This document shows, one piece after another, positions 1-9,538 of a stretch of DNA of 54,734 nucleotides (position 1 is the stretch's first letter; the number at the start of each line of letters is the position of its first letter). The position numbers were made by a program, and so were the translations under genes. The stretch lies in contig JAJRWI010000071.1 of assembly GCA_024276825.1 (NCBI GenBank), positions 1-54,734 of the forward strand, written 5' to 3'. The notes beneath the pieces are model-generated. The model saw nothing but the letters and a program-made list of their open reading frames with translations, was not told the DNA's origin and did not search any database. The stretch is from an archaeon. Its GTDB lineage: Archaea > Asgardarchaeota > Thorarchaeia > Thorarchaeales > Thorarchaeaceae.

Positions 1-662
1 CACCAGGTCCGAAAAGCTACTTCGAGAACTATTATGGGGGAGTACAGCCCCTAATAATAGATATTACGGAAACTTTTGACATAGTTCATGCGCAGACAAA
101 CAGGGAGCAGTTCTCAATCAAGAAGGTTGAAGGCGTTTGGTCGGGCGTTGAGATATCATGGGTCAGCAACATTCAGAAATACTTCAAGGGACTAACAAAT
201 TCAATCCAGTATTTGACAGTTCCAAACAGCCCCTTGATCAAAATGGTCTGGAAAGTCAAGAATGAAACAACATCTCCCCTGAACCTGTTGATGTCATATT
301 TTGTTGATGTGGCATTCAATGGTGAAATGCATGATTTGACCACAATAACTTGGTCCGACAGTGAGAGAGTGTCCGTAAGAATCGGTCAGATCCCCTATTT
401 CATAATTCCTACTTCTAAATACATTTGGACAAGGAGGAATAATTCAAATGAGAGTGTCGCATTCATCAAGGGCAATAGGTCAGCACTGCTTGCTTCACTT
501 CAAATCAGTGATTTTCTTGCAATGATGCTACTTGACTATCAGCCATTACTTCTTCCGGGCGATGAACATGAAATGACCTTTTACTTACTGATGGATTCAA
601 AAAGTGAGGATGAAGTGATGAAAATAGCCAATGCTTTGAATGAGGACTGGACATATGATTAA
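1..662 (+). CDS. hypothetical protein, 5'-truncated by window edge
   Basis: The frame of ORF 213..662 is open back to position 3 (PGPKSYFENYYGGVQP...). The stop overlaps the next gene's start. Confidence 0.6.
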   Translation, partial: PGPKSYFENYYGGVQPLIIDITETFDIVHAQTNREQFSIKKVEGVWSGVEISWVSNIQKYFKGLTNSIQYLTVPNSPLIKMVWKVKNETTSPLNLLMSYFVDVAFNGEMHDLTTITWSDSERVSVRIGQIPYFIIPTSKYIWTRRNNSNESVAFIKGNRSALLASLQISDFLAMMLLDYQPLLLPGDEHEMTFYLLMDSKSEDEVMKIANALNEDWTYD

Positions 663-1536
663 GTACGAAGGATCAATCTGGAGACCCCCAAGTGAGGCTC
701 GCAGCCTAATTCTCCAAGCAACGGTTGGGTGTTCCCATAACGCCTGTACATTCTGTGTTTCATACAAGGACAGAAAGTATAGGATACGTGGTGCTTCGGG
801 AATTAAAGAGGATCTTCAGAGGCTTCCCAAGAACTACAAGGCAGGAGTAAGACGTGTTTTTCTGGCAGATGGGAATGCTCTCTCAATGCCTACAGATGAG
901 CTTCTGAATGTCTTGCGTATTCTGAATCAGGAACTGCCCGGCCTTGAGCGAGTTGGTGTTTATGGATATGCTAAGGATGTGCGTGAAAAGGGCATTGGCG
1001 ACCTCAAGGACCTTCATCAGGCAGGTCTCGGAATTGTTTATCTTGGCCTTGAAACCGGTGATGATGAGCTACTACGATGGTCAAGGAAAGGAGTTACTAC
1101 CAAAGAGAATATCTCCGCATCGCTCAAGATTAGAAAGGCTGGAATACCCCTGTCATTGACAATCATATTAGGACTTGGAGGCATTGAACATTCGGAAAGG
1201 CATGCAAGGGCAACTGCTGATGCATTAAATGCCATTGATCCAGAATATGTTGGGGCATTAACACTCATGATTGCAAAGGGCACCCCATTGCATGAGCTTG
1301 TTCAGCAGGGCAAGTTCAGGCCAATGAATGCCATGGAGATTCTTATAGAATTGAGGACATTGATAAATGGGCTTCAACTCACAAATTGCATCTTTAGGAC
1401 CAATCATGCATCAAACTACTTGCCGCTGGGTGGCACTCTAAGCAAGGATAAGCAGGCCATTTTGGACATTCTCGATGAGGTGATCAGATCAGGTGATAAA
1501 ACCAGTCTTCGACCAGAGTATTATCGCGGTCTTTGA
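655..1536 (+). CDS. radical SAM protein
   Basis: GCSHNACTFC (CxxxCxxC), RRVFLADGNAL, YLGLETG, FRTNHASNYL. ATG at 655 overlaps the upstream stop. Confidence 0.85.
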   Translation: MIKYEGSIWRPPSEARSLILQATVGCSHNACTFCVSYKDRKYRIRGASGIKEDLQRLPKNYKAGVRRVFLADGNALSMPTDELLNVLRILNQELPGLERVGVYGYAKDVREKGIGDLKDLHQAGLGIVYLGLETGDDELLRWSRKGVTTKENISASLKIRKAGIPLSLTIILGLGGIEHSERHARATADALNAIDPEYVGALTLMIAKGTPLHELVQQGKFRPMNAMEILIELRTLINGLQLTNCIFRTNHASNYLPLGGTLSKDKQAILDILDEVIRSGDKTSLRPEYYRGL

Positions 1537-1580
1537 GTACCAGATAGCATAATATATTAATTATGATGATTGTTTGATGA

Positions 1581-1606
1581 GTCCACCCCATCCTGAATGT
1601 GGGGAC
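1581..1606. terminator. GC-rich hairpin between convergent genes, possible terminator
   Basis: CCCCA(1586-1590)/TGGGG(1600-1604), alternatively GTCC/GGAC, located between two convergent stops. Confidence 0.3.
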
Positions 1607-1643
1607 GCGGCAACTGCGGCAATTGGCAAATTTGGAGTAAACG

Positions 1644-2708
1644 TTAGGACTTAGAAATCTCAGGAAAGTATCTGTCCATAAATAGTGAAATCCAGGTGAA
1701 GAAGTCCGTAAAAAGTGTCTTCAGTTCGAGAAGGTCAAGCCTGTCCCTAAGAATCATATCAATTACAGCTTTTCGCAGGAATGGATAGTAGTGCGGCAAT
1801 GGCAATACGTTCAATGGGAAGTGCTTATGCTGAGTCATGAAGATGTTCACCCTTTCGACCCATCTTGCATTGATAGCATCCTCGGAATATGTAGACGGGT
1901 CCTCAATCATTATGGAGTCCAGTTCTGCCATGATTGGTGAGAAGATCTCCCTCTGGACCTGATCGAAGGAATATCCCTCATTCCTATAGGAGGAATCAGT
2001 TGCATATTTTGAGTAGAGAGTTGCAAGGTCATCGGAGCCAGCTACTGTATAGAGACCTCTTCTTCGACTAAACACCTTTGAAACTTCCGAGGTTAGTGTA
2101 CGGGCCTTTTCCAATATAGAGAACACATGAATGAAATGCTTCTTGTCCCAATCATCCATATTGAATACTTCTTTATACTTGCCAATTGTCGTACGATATT
2201 CCTTCGGCAGTCTTAATTCATGAGGACTTGTCATGCTCCATATGTTTAGAAACGTGAAGGGGGCAAACTCAATTCTAGTATTATCATCCGGTCGATAACT
2301 TGGAAAGCAATAGTTGCCATCAACAATAATAATGTCGGGCTGAAACATGGGTGTTCCCTTTTGTTCAGAAAATGCAACAACCGAATCAGTAATCATGGAA
2401 ACAACTTGTGAAGGGGTGAGTGGTTGAAAGGATCGTGAGCGTACGAGGTGGATCTTGTCGCTTAGTGGAAGATAATAAGCAGTTCCGACTGAGTCCATTG
2501 TAAAGGCATTCTCAAAGGCAGAGTTGGACTCGTAGTTCAAATGCTGCATTGCATTGAAAAAGTCCTGATTGACATGGTTGATATCAATCACCAGCACCCT
2601 CTTCGAAGGGGATTGGGACAGAGCCCAGAGAGCAATGTTCACGGCAACAGGTGTCTTTCCGCTACCGCCCTTATTGCTTGTCACAATGAATGTGATTGGT
2701 TTGTTCAT
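1644..2708 (-). CDS. divergent MinD/ParA-family P-loop NTPase
   Basis: Deviant Walker A SNKGGSGKT, RVLVID strand, DIIIVD Walker B. The C-terminal half is atypical. Confidence 0.7.
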   Translation of the reverse strand: MNKPITFIVTSNKGGSGKTPVAVNIALWALSQSPSKRVLVIDINHVNQDFFNAMQHLNYESNSAFENAFTMDSVGTAYYLPLSDKIHLVRSRSFQPLTPSQVVSMITDSVVAFSEQKGTPMFQPDIIIVDGNYCFPSYRPDDNTRIEFAPFTFLNIWSMTSPHELRLPKEYRTTIGKYKEVFNMDDWDKKHFIHVFSILEKARTLTSEVSKVFSRRRGLYTVAGSDDLATLYSKYATDSSYRNEGYSFDQVQREIFSPIMAELDSIMIEDPSTYSEDAINARWVERVNIFMTQHKHFPLNVLPLPHYYPFLRKAVIDMILRDRLDLLELKTLFTDFFTWISLFMDRYFPEISKS

Positions 2709-2718
2709 TCGATCACCT

Positions 2719-3651
2719 CTAACCTCCTAACCACCCAAAAATGAAGTCCAATATCACGCCCCATCCTAGATTCAACACCACATCAGTAATGACTTGCATA
2801 ATCACCACGCCAATGAATGCAAACATGACCTTCTTGATGATCTTGTTCGGGGTTGACATTCGTTTGAGGTCACTGATGGCTTCATCTATGAGTTTGATCT
2901 GCGTTTCTAATTCAGGAATCGCAATTTCAAGCTTTGCTACAGAGTAAGGCAGTGACTTTGCTTTCAGAGCATCTTTAAGAATGGCGACATTATTGCTCCA
3001 CATGACCAGATACTTTCTCAATGTCTGGGACACTCTTGCTCTGTTCTCTTCAATCATGTACTCATACTTTCTCGTTTCATACACCACAACTTTGATGACA
3101 CTGATCAGAACTATCATCGTACCAAAGCTGGTCGCACTGGAGAGAAAGAATCCAGCACTTAGAATTATATTGTTTGGAAAGAACTCCTGAAGTATCGAGA
3201 ACCCCTGATATCCGCTGATTCTATATAGTGCCACAAAGAAGAGCAGCTTTATTGTCAAATAGAGCCGTGATACACTCATTCTATACCAAGATACTGTGGG
3301 CTCGCCACCAGCACTGAAGGATTTTCGGATGAATACTGAGAAGATTATTCCTGCAGTATTTAATATGAAGAAGAATGACATGAGCACGAGACCTAGACCC
3401 AGAGCCAAGCGGATCCATCCTGTTACTTGGAGAACACCGAGGGCCACAGCCTCAATTGCATGTTGCATTGCTATGAAATCAAATGAATATAGTGCATCAA
3501 AAATAGCAGCAGTCAATTCTTCATGGGTTAATAAATATCCCAAAAAGAACACGCTGTATGAGAGAACAGAAACAATCGAGCCAATGTGAGCAGCAAGAAA
3601 GAATTTTTCGAGTCGGTCATCAGTGGGGGTTCGATGGTTTGGGCCGCTCAT
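2719..3651 (-). CDS. polytopic membrane protein with C-terminal coiled-coil
   Basis: About 5-6 hydrophobic segments plus a heptad-like helical stretch (IPELETQIKLIDEAISDLKRM). Lies 10 bp upstream of the MinD-like gene. Confidence 0.6.
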   Translation of the reverse strand: MSGPNHRTPTDDRLEKFFLAAHIGSIVSVLSYSVFFLGYLLTHEELTAAIFDALYSFDFIAMQHAIEAVALGVLQVTGWIRLALGLGLVLMSFFFILNTAGIIFSVFIRKSFSAGGEPTVSWYRMSVSRLYLTIKLLFFVALYRISGYQGFSILQEFFPNNIILSAGFFLSSATSFGTMIVLISVIKVVVYETRKYEYMIEENRARVSQTLRKYLVMWSNNVAILKDALKAKSLPYSVAKLEIAIPELETQIKLIDEAISDLKRMSTPNKIIKKVMFAFIGVVIMQVITDVVLNLGWGVILDFIFGWLGG

Positions 3652-3788
3652 TAATATATCTCCCTGAAGGGCGATTTGGTTCTCTATTATGCGCTATTAT
3701 TTAGTATATAGTAATTTGGTGTGTAGATTGTACATTTTGTCAGACCATTCACTTTAATTTCGGGATTAATGCTCAATTTTCAGGTGCG

Positions 3789-4715
3789 TTGCAATTGCGA
3801 AGACTTGGCTACTACCTTCTATTGATGGTAGGTATGCTTTTCTGGGGTGGTAGTTGGGTCTCGGGAGACATCATAGTCACTCTGTCGACTCCAATGATTA
3901 TTGGTTTCTTCAGGTTTCTTACTGCCAGCATGTTCTTTCTGCCTGTGCTACTTGTCAAAAACGGGCTCTCAAGGTCAGTATCCTTTGAGAAGGTGAAATA
4001 TTCCATCTTTCTCGGAATGACAGGAATATTTGGATATGGCATGTTCTTTCTTGTTGGAATGGGCTTTACCACTTCAGCTCAGGGTGCAATAATCGCAGGT
4101 ATGAATCCGATCACCGTCAGTCTTATCGCTCACATTGTTCATGGTGAGAGATTGAAAAAGCGCTGGCAGTATAGCGGATTCATCCTCAGCTTTGCAGGAG
4201 TTGTGTTGGTTGTTGGTGTGCAGGTCTTAATTGAATTCAGAATGGACTATCTGCTTGGTAATCTATTGATCCTGTGTGCTATGGGAACATGGGGCATTTA
4301 CTCGTCCATTGGAAAAGCTGCCATGAAGACAATGTCCTCGCTTGAAGCGACTGCAGGAGGCGTATTCACAGGCACATTGTTCTTTGGAATGGGGGCGCTT
4401 ATTGAAGGCCTTAATGGCGCAACACTCTCATTTGATCCACTCTTCTGGTTCAATATATTCTATCTGGGCTTCGCAGTGACATTCTTGGGATTCATGTTCT
4501 ATTTCATCGGCGTGAACAATCTTAATGCATCAAATGCAGCTGCGTTCATTAACTTCGTTCCAGTCTTTGGTGTCGCACTCTCAATTATAATCCTTCATGA
4601 AGTGATTCACTGGACATTCCTTGTGGGACTTATGCTGATTATTGGAGGGGTTTCCATAGTGAATGCATTCCCAAGCAGGGATACATCTAAAGAGAAGAGT
4701 AATGAACTAGAGTAG
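3789..4715 (+). CDS. DMT/EamA-family transporter
   Basis: About 10 TM segments, LFWGGSW, FFRFLTA, two EamA-like halves, FINFVPVFGV..ILHE. Confidence 0.9.
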   Translation: MQLRRLGYYLLLMVGMLFWGGSWVSGDIIVTLSTPMIIGFFRFLTASMFFLPVLLVKNGLSRSVSFEKVKYSIFLGMTGIFGYGMFFLVGMGFTTSAQGAIIAGMNPITVSLIAHIVHGERLKKRWQYSGFILSFAGVVLVVGVQVLIEFRMDYLLGNLLILCAMGTWGIYSSIGKAAMKTMSSLEATAGGVFTGTLFFGMGALIEGLNGATLSFDPLFWFNIFYLGFAVTFLGFMFYFIGVNNLNASNAAAFINFVPVFGVALSIIILHEVIHWTFLVGLMLIIGGVSIVNAFPSRDTSKEKSNELE

Positions 4716-4721
4716 AATGGC

Positions 4722-5240
4722 TCATACTTGGACTCTGAACTCTTCTTTTATCCTCTTGCTAACCTTCATCTTGTGAACTCGTACGACAGCTCGTATCTTG
4801 CCTATGCTGTTCACCACCTCATTTATCTCATCATCAGTAGCGCAGCAGAGGTGCACAAGAAGATCGAACTCCCCGTAAATCTGATGCACACATTTTACCC
4901 CTATGAGGTTTGCAATCTTCATACCCACAGCCTCAATGTCAGCATTTGGTTGAAGGTACACCATGAGCCAGATATGATCCTTGAAACCTATTTTCTCACA
5001 TGCCACAATCGCAGAGTAGCCCTGAATCACACCAATCTTCTCAAGCCTTCCCACACGTTTACTCACTGTGGCAACACTAATGCCCAACTTCTTAGCTATT
5101 TCATTAAATGAGGCTCTTCCATCATTCTGCAATTCCCACACTATTTTTAGATCAATCTCATCAAGATAGTCTATCTTCTTCAATATCTCTTCAATCTCTT
5201 CTTTGGACCTAAGGAATGGAAATTTCGTCTTCTGACTCAA
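4722..5240 (-). CDS. Lrp/AsnC-family transcriptional regulator (Cys-rich effector domain)
   Basis: LDEIDLKIVWELQNDGRASFNEIAKKLGISVATVSKRVGRLEKIGVIQGY HTH, followed by a RAM domain with GEFDLLV. Confidence 0.92.
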   Translation of the reverse strand: MSQKTKFPFLRSKEEIEEILKKIDYLDEIDLKIVWELQNDGRASFNEIAKKLGISVATVSKRVGRLEKIGVIQGYSAIVACEKIGFKDHIWLMVYLQPNADIEAVGMKIANLIGVKCVHQIYGEFDLLVHLCCATDDEINEVVNSIGKIRAVVRVHKMKVSKRIKEEFRVQV

Positions 5241-5307
5241 TTGTCAACACGTCCGATGAATACTTGTTTATTTTGTCCATTATAAATGAATGATTGTTTA
5301 CTTTTTA

Positions 5308-5351
5308 TTGCGAATCGCAAATGTTTATATACCCACCTATTGAATCGCAAA
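5308..5351 (+). promoter_or_regulatory. hdr-operon promoter with palindromic operator
   Basis: Palindrome TTGCGA-A-TCGCAA (5308-5320), TATA-like TTTATATA (5324-5331), and a second GAATCGCAAA copy at 5342-5351 (30 bp period). Confidence 0.6.
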
Positions 5352-5381
5352 GTTGCTCCAATCAGAGTTTGACGGAGCAAG

Positions 5382-5747
5382 GTGAAATCAATGTCGAAGA
5401 AGATTACACTCATTATAGCAACACCACCCTATGATAAGATAGGTGCCTTTACAGGTGCACGAATTGCTCTTACAGCCGCCATGGAAGACATAAACACTAC
5501 GGTTATCCTCATGGAGGACGGAGTGTATGCGGCTCTCGAGGGGCAAGAGTCCACACAGTTCTTCAAGACAGTCCAACTGCTTGAGGACTTCAAGGATGCT
5601 GGCGGAAGAATCCTTGTCTGTGGACTCTGTTTGAAGGAGAGAGGCATACCTCAAGATAAAGTAATTGATGGTATTGAAGTCATCGATATTCACAAGCTTG
5701 TCAGCACAATGGCTGAGAGCGATCAGACAGTATTCTTTGGTGCATAG
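5382..5747 (+). CDS. DsrE-family sulfurtransferase
   Basis: IATPPY, LMEDGVYAA, VCGLCLKERGI. Likely start is ATG 5391. Confidence 0.85.
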   Translation: MKSMSKKITLIIATPPYDKIGAFTGARIALTAAMEDINTTVILMEDGVYAALEGQESTQFFKTVQLLEDFKDAGGRILVCGLCLKERGIPQDKVIDGIEVIDIHKLVSTMAESDQTVFFGA

Positions 5748-5762
5748 GAGAGGGGTCTTCAA

Positions 5763-6296
5763 ATGTCAAGTAGCTCTTTTCCCAACCCTGTTAGGGTATT
5801 GCGTAGAGGAGAGCGCGATGAGGAAATCATCAAAGCACTCAAGAATGAGGGTTTTGATATCAATGCCTGTATGCAATGTGGGACTTGCACTGCTTCTTGT
5901 CTGTCAGGGAGATGGACCGCTCTCACTGTGAGAAAAGTGATGAGAAAAGCCGCTCTTGGAGACTCCAGTGTTCTGGAGAGTTCAGACATCTGGATGTGCA
6001 CCACCTGCTATAACTGCTATGACAGGTGTCCTCGAGACCTAAAGGTCACAGATGCCATAATCGTGCTCAGAAATCTTGCATCTGCTCGCGGGTTCATCCA
6101 TAAGAACCATCGCAAGGTGGTGCAGATTCTTGCAAAGACAGGGCATGCTGTGCCAATAAACGACAAGATACAGCAGGTCAGGAAAGAGCTGGGACTCCCA
6201 AAGATTCCGCCGACCCTTGCCAAATACCCTGAAGAGCGAGAGCTACTTGCCAAGACTCTATTCCAGCTCGCACCAGAGGAGGGGGATGAGCAATGA
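5763..6296 (+). CDS. hdrC: heterodisulfide reductase subunit C
   Basis: CMQCGTCTASC and WMCTTCYNCYDRCP 2x[4Fe-4S] motifs, TGHAVP. Confidence 0.92.
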   Translation: MSSSSFPNPVRVLRRGERDEEIIKALKNEGFDINACMQCGTCTASCLSGRWTALTVRKVMRKAALGDSSVLESSDIWMCTTCYNCYDRCPRDLKVTDAIIVLRNLASARGFIHKNHRKVVQILAKTGHAVPINDKIQQVRKELGLPKIPPTLAKYPEERELLAKTLFQLAPEEGDEQ

Positions 6297-7177
6297 ATAC
6301 CGGATACTCATTCTTTCTTGGGTGCATAATGCCCAATAGATATCCAGCTATTGAGTCAGCAACACGATTCGTCCTAGAAAGGCTTGGAATCAATGTTCAG
6401 GAGATGGAGCGTGCAGGTTGCTGTCCGGCTCCTGGAGTATTCAGATCATTCAATAAACCCGATTGGATGGTAGCGGCTGCAAGGAATATAGCCATTGCAG
6501 AAGCCAATGGTTCTCCCCTCCTCACTGTCTGCAACGGGTGCTTTGGAACATTATTTGATGTGAACCATGCTTTGAAGCATGATGAGGAACTAAGAAAGAA
6601 GGTTAATGAGAAACTTGAGAAACTGGGATACCATGTCAAAGCAGATGGAGAAGTCAGGCATATCGCACAGGTACTCGGCTTTGACATAGGGCCCTCAGGA
6701 ATTCAGCAATATCTGAAGAGGAAGGTGAAACTAAAGGCTGCAATCCATTATGGATGTCATTTTCTGCGTCCTTTTCATCTAAAGCAGATCGACGATCCTG
6801 AAGACCCCAGAATATTAGAGGACTATTTTGAAGCTCTTGGCGTTGAGAGTCTTAACTATCGTGGAAGACTACTCTGTTGCGGAGCAGGGGGTGGAGTCAA
6901 GGGAGCTCATGCTGAAGAGTCTATGAAAATGCTTCTGGAAAAGATGGAGGGAATTGCTGAAAGTGGGGCGGAAGCAATCCTAGACATATGTCCATTCTGC
7001 CACCTGCAGTTTGATGGCGGACAAAAGATTCTGAATGAAAAATACGGGACTGACTTCCATATCCCTGTGATCCATATCTCACAGTTAACTGCTTTCTGCA
7101 TGGGGGAGAACGAGATTGGAATGAAATACCAAGTCATCGCACCTGAGTTCAGGCTGGAGGTGAGAAACCCTGACTGA
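6293..7177 (+). CDS. hdrB: heterodisulfide reductase subunit B
   Basis: FLGCIMPNRYP, GCCPAPG, CNGC, HYGCH, CCGAGGG, CPFCHLQFD (two CCG domains, methanogen type). Confidence 0.95.
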   Translation: MNTGYSFFLGCIMPNRYPAIESATRFVLERLGINVQEMERAGCCPAPGVFRSFNKPDWMVAAARNIAIAEANGSPLLTVCNGCFGTLFDVNHALKHDEELRKKVNEKLEKLGYHVKADGEVRHIAQVLGFDIGPSGIQQYLKRKVKLKAAIHYGCHFLRPFHLKQIDDPEDPRILEDYFEALGVESLNYRGRLLCCGAGGGVKGAHAEESMKMLLEKMEGIAESGAEAILDICPFCHLQFDGGQKILNEKYGTDFHIPVIHISQLTAFCMGENEIGMKYQVIAPEFRLEVRNPD

Positions 7178-9146
7178 CAAAGAGAACGAAAGGCCTCGAA
7201 TCGGAGTGTTCGTCTGCCACTGTGGTGAGAACATAGCTGGCAAATTGGACGTGGAGGAAGTGGCAGAGTTTGCTGCAGGACTTCCGAATGTGGAGTTCTC
7301 CACCGATAATCTATTCATGTGTTCGAAACAGGGTGTGGAACTTCTTAAGGAAGCGGTTAGAAGGCATAAACTGAATCGAACTGTGGTAGCATCTTGTTCT
7401 GTTGAACAGCACTGGCCCACCTTTGCAAGAGCTGTCGAGGAAATGGGACTCAACCCACACATGCATGAGCAGGTCAACATTCGAGAGTGGGTGTCATGGG
7501 TTACGAATGATTGGGACAACGCCACTGAGAAAGCGAAAAGTGCGGTGGCAGCAGGAGTAAAAATGGCTGCTTTAAAAGAGCCCATAGAAACCCAAAAGCT
7601 CGATGTTGTGAAGAAGGTCATGGTTATTGGTGCAGGTGTTGCAGGTCTCAGGGCAGCAATGGACCTTGCAGAACTGGGCATACCTGTTGTCCTAGTTGAG
7701 AAGGAGCCATCAATTGGTGGCCACATGACCATGTTGAACAAGACCTTTCCAACTGACGAGTGTCCCATGTGTACATTGAGCCCTCTCCTAAATGGCGTTG
7801 CGAATCATCCTGACATAGAGATTCTGACATTGAGTGAGGTTTCAAAAGTGGAAGGGTCTGTTGGCAACTTTGTTGTGGAGGTTACCACCAAACCACGTTA
7901 TGTGCATGACAACTGCACCTCTTGTGGTCGTTGCTCAGAGGTGTGTCCTGTTGAGTTTCCCAATGAGTGGGACATGGGCTTTGGCATGAGAAAGGCAATC
8001 TATAAGCCATATCCTCAGGCAATACCTTCAACCTTCACAAGGGACAAGAAGCATTGCATAGAATGCGGGCTCTGCGAGATAGTATGTCCCGTGCAGGCAG
8101 TCGACTTCTCAATGAAGAAGGAAAAAAGGGAGTTCAATGTGGGAGCTATTGTAGTTGCCACAGGATACGAACAATATGACCCTGTGGAGATCACAGCTTA
8201 TCATTATGATCACCCCAACATCATTACTCAATTAGAACTAGAGAGGATGCTTGCTCCTACAACTCTAACAAAGGGGAAGATCCTCCGACCTTCCGATGGA
8301 AAAGTGCCGGAGTCGGTTGTAATCATTCAATGTGTAGGTTCTCGAAATGACCAAGTGGGCAATGCCTACTGTACTGGTGTTTGCTGCATGTACGCCCTGA
8401 AGAATGCAGGGATAATTAAGGAGCATCTTCCCAACACGGATGTTTACATATGTTACATTGACATAAGAGCACCAGGCCTTTACTATGAGGAGTACTACAA
8501 GAAGGCACAGGAAAAGGGGATAATATTCATCAGAGGACGTCCATCAAATATCGAGCCTGATCCATATGAAGAAAAGCTTACAGTGTTTGTTGAGGATACA
8601 TTCACAGGAGAACCCGTCGAGATTGAAGCGGACATGGTGATTCTGTCTGCAGGAATGATTGCACCCAAAGGCTTTGGAAAGCTCGGAGGAAAGCTGGGAC
8701 TTTTAAGGGCCAAAGAGGGATTCGCAAAGGAGTACCACATCAAGATGGGTCCAATGAGATCCAGTAGGGAGGGCGTCTTGCTTGCAGGCACAATTCAGGG
8801 GCCAAGGGATATAACAAAGACTGTTGCACATGCAGGAGCTGCAGCATCAGCAGCGGCACAGATACTTGTTAAGGGTTTTCTGGAGAAGCGTCTTGATACT
8901 GCAATCGTTGACAAAGACCTTTGCATCAAATGCCTTGCATGTTCGACTGTTTGCAATCCTGGTGCGATTGATGTTGATGTGGATGGATATGCCTTTGTCA
9001 ATGACACAGCGTGCAAGAGTTGTGGCACTTGTGCAGGTGCTTGTCCGACAGGGGCAATCCAGATCAGAAACTTCAGAGATGCACAATTGAAAGAAGAAGT
9101 CATAGGACTTCTCGAATACAACAGACTGGTGGGTGCTGCACAATGA
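7170..9146 (+). CDS. hdrA: heterodisulfide reductase subunit A (probable CTG start)
   Basis: RIGVFVCHCG, GAGVAG FAD motif, KTFPTDEC, inserted and C-terminal ferredoxin motifs, LELERM, QCVGSR, CCMYALK. The frame is closed upstream by TGA at 7161; SD GGAGGTGA 7156-7163 lies 6 nt before CTG 7170. Confidence 0.93.
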   Translation: MTDKENERPRIGVFVCHCGENIAGKLDVEEVAEFAAGLPNVEFSTDNLFMCSKQGVELLKEAVRRHKLNRTVVASCSVEQHWPTFARAVEEMGLNPHMHEQVNIREWVSWVTNDWDNATEKAKSAVAAGVKMAALKEPIETQKLDVVKKVMVIGAGVAGLRAAMDLAELGIPVVLVEKEPSIGGHMTMLNKTFPTDECPMCTLSPLLNGVANHPDIEILTLSEVSKVEGSVGNFVVEVTTKPRYVHDNCTSCGRCSEVCPVEFPNEWDMGFGMRKAIYKPYPQAIPSTFTRDKKHCIECGLCEIVCPVQAVDFSMKKEKREFNVGAIVVATGYEQYDPVEITAYHYDHPNIITQLELERMLAPTTLTKGKILRPSDGKVPESVVIIQCVGSRNDQVGNAYCTGVCCMYALKNAGIIKEHLPNTDVYICYIDIRAPGLYYEEYYKKAQEKGIIFIRGRPSNIEPDPYEEKLTVFVEDTFTGEPVEIEADMVILSAGMIAPKGFGKLGGKLGLLRAKEGFAKEYHIKMGPMRSSREGVLLAGTIQGPRDITKTVAHAGAAASAAAQILVKGFLEKRLDTAIVDKDLCIKCLACSTVCNPGAIDVDVDGYAFVNDTACKSCGTCAGACPTGAIQIRNFRDAQLKEEVIGLLEYNRLVGAAQ

Positions 9147-9538
9147 TAATTGCATTTGCTTGCGAAAACTGCGCACAGGGCTCTGCAAACACAGCAGGCG
9201 TGCTGAGAATGAAATATGATCATCGCATCAAAATTGTAAGAGTGCCATGTGCTGGGAGAGTCGGTCCCAGACAGATAATAGAGGCTCTGAATAATGGTGC
9301 AGACTCTGTAGCGATCATTGGTTGTTGCTTTGGTGCCTGTCATTACAATGATGGCAACCTGATCACTCTTCGAAGGGTCAAGGCAATGAAGAGGATGTTC
9401 GAGGAGCTTGGCTTTGATCCTGACATGGTGAATATGTACACTGCAAGAGCTGCTGAAGGCGACACTATTGTTGGTGATTTTGAAGATATGAGTGCCAAGA
9501 CAGATGCTATGTTGAGTAAGGAGGTTTCAAATGAATGA
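9143..9538 (+). CDS. mvhD: MvhD/FlpD-family [2Fe-2S] subunit
   Basis: IIAFACENC, RVPCAGRV, GCCFGACHY..GN. ATG 9143 overlaps the hdrA stop (ATGA). Confidence 0.9.
   Translation: MIIAFACENCAQGSANTAGVLRMKYDHRIKIVRVPCAGRVGPRQIIEALNNGADSVAIIGCCFGACHYNDGNLITLRRVKAMKRMFEELGFDPDMVNMYTARAAEGDTIVGDFEDMSAKTDAMLSKEVSNE

Noticed and set aside
1574-1612. TTGATGA-GTCC...GGAC resembling a hammerhead core or SECIS
   Set aside because: Lacks CUGAUGA and GAAA, and lacks the 3' GA of a SECIS core. Treated as a plain hairpin.
7085-9343. Long antisense/alternate-frame ORFs (7085..7768, 8795..9343 and similar throughout the window)
   Set aside because: Shadow ORFs of well-supported genes with no recognisable motifs.
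7170-9538. Selenocysteine in HdrA/MvhD (known selenoproteins in some archaea)
   Set aside because: Both frames are uninterrupted, with Cys at the relevant motifs and no in-frame TGA.
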